Below, one piece after another: positions 63,076 through 64,000 of a stretch of DNA of 64,000 nucleotides; position 1 is the first letter of the stretch; each line of letters begins with the position of its first letter. Origin of the DNA: Marsupella aquatica (Eukaryota; Plantae; Marchantiophyta); assembly GCA_973895155.1 (NCBI GenBank), contig OZ316894.1, positions 3,310,944 through 3,374,943 on the forward strand, read 5' to 3'. The position numbers were made by a program, and so were the translations under genes. The notes beneath the pieces were generated by a model that was not told the origin of the DNA, did not search any database, and saw only the letters and a list, made by a program, of their open reading frames with translations.

Positions 63076-64000
63076 TTGTTATCTTCCATTAACGAGTTTC
63101 CACTCACCCCATTAGTAGAATCCAATGGTTATCCTAATTCTAGGGAATCTGACAATCCAGATAATCCAAGAAAAATTGATCTTTTGTGGATCCTCTCCCC
63201 ATAGGTAGATTTTAAAAATGTGAGCACGTACATCGTCATGTAGTCAACCTTCTGTGCATAATAGGTAGCTCGCCAGCATAAAATGGTGGCACCCAATAGG
63301 CAGCAACACATGAGTGGATGAGGAATGGTCCCTCAGAATGGGAGAGAGGGAGTGAGGGAAATACAGTCTACACTCCCTAAGTACACAAGAAGAAACCACG
63401 GCTATGCAGTCCTTAAACCGTTCCTTATTTTCTGTTTGTATTTTTCAGGGCCATCTGGAGCGTAATGCCCTGGTCAAGATCTGGATCATCTTTTTACAAA
63501 GATTCTCCTCAACTTTTACTAAAGATAACAAGAATGAAATCTAGTAAAACTTTAAGTGTACTAAGTTCTTGTTTCCGGAGTATTATGGGCACTTATAGGC
63601 CCTCAAAACTCAAGCTGAATCTCTCATTTTTTTCAAGGAATTATATCCCCCAATGCCCTCCAACGAGGACTTTACTGTATACATATGGTTTTGTAGTATG
63701 TGATAAGTGCATGTTATTTTTAAACTTTGCACCTATAGATAAGTAGCATGACTGTTGATTCTTCCCGGGGATAGATTTCTCACCTTCAGCCCTCCCTCTC
63801 CCCCTCTATTACTTGTAACATTTCATCTCAAAATGCTCAGAAAAAAAGGAACGATCTATCAGACTTGCAATAAGGAATATTTTGCACTAATGGACTGTGC
63901 ACTCAGGTAGATCAGATAGTGTAAAGAAGGGAAAAGGCAAAGCCACAGTACATTGTGGTGAAACCGTTGCAAGGTTGCTTACAAAAACCGTAACTATGAG

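Overview
This is eukaryotic DNA, most likely from a non-seed land plant (bryophyte-like; inferred from the plant-type CACTA, EDM2, RPL18a, CCD and TBC sequences). The first ~44 kb is a nest of transposons that can be reconstructed from their ends. A ~1.4-kb foldback element (301..40628) carries two large insertions. One is a 17.4-kb CACTA element (547..17945, TSD CGG) with TnpD/TnpA plus cargo: an RPL18a exon, an EDM2-type PHD cassette and a tandem-BRCT gene. The other is a 21.5-kb element with an 8-bp TSD (18854..40370) encoding a P-element-like transposase, a second EDM2-type PHD gene and a CCD fragment. The P-like element is itself interrupted by a 2-kb non-autonomous CACTA (22815..24852) and by a 9.5-kb Ty3/Gypsy-type retrotransposon (27005..36488). 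That retrotransposon has one reading frame, Gag-PR-DNA cytosine methyltransferase-RT-RNaseH-integrase-PHD. Its ends are not ordinary LTRs but split direct repeats (X...Y-gc-X-Y) with a palindromic internal CA-gc-TG junction and an apparent self-priming site. The right part of the window holds repeat remnants, an intronless crotonase-family gene with a signal peptide (47973..48908), an intronless TBC/RabGAP gene (57757..60141) and tandem repeat arrays. All homology calls come from motif recognition by eye; no database search was run.
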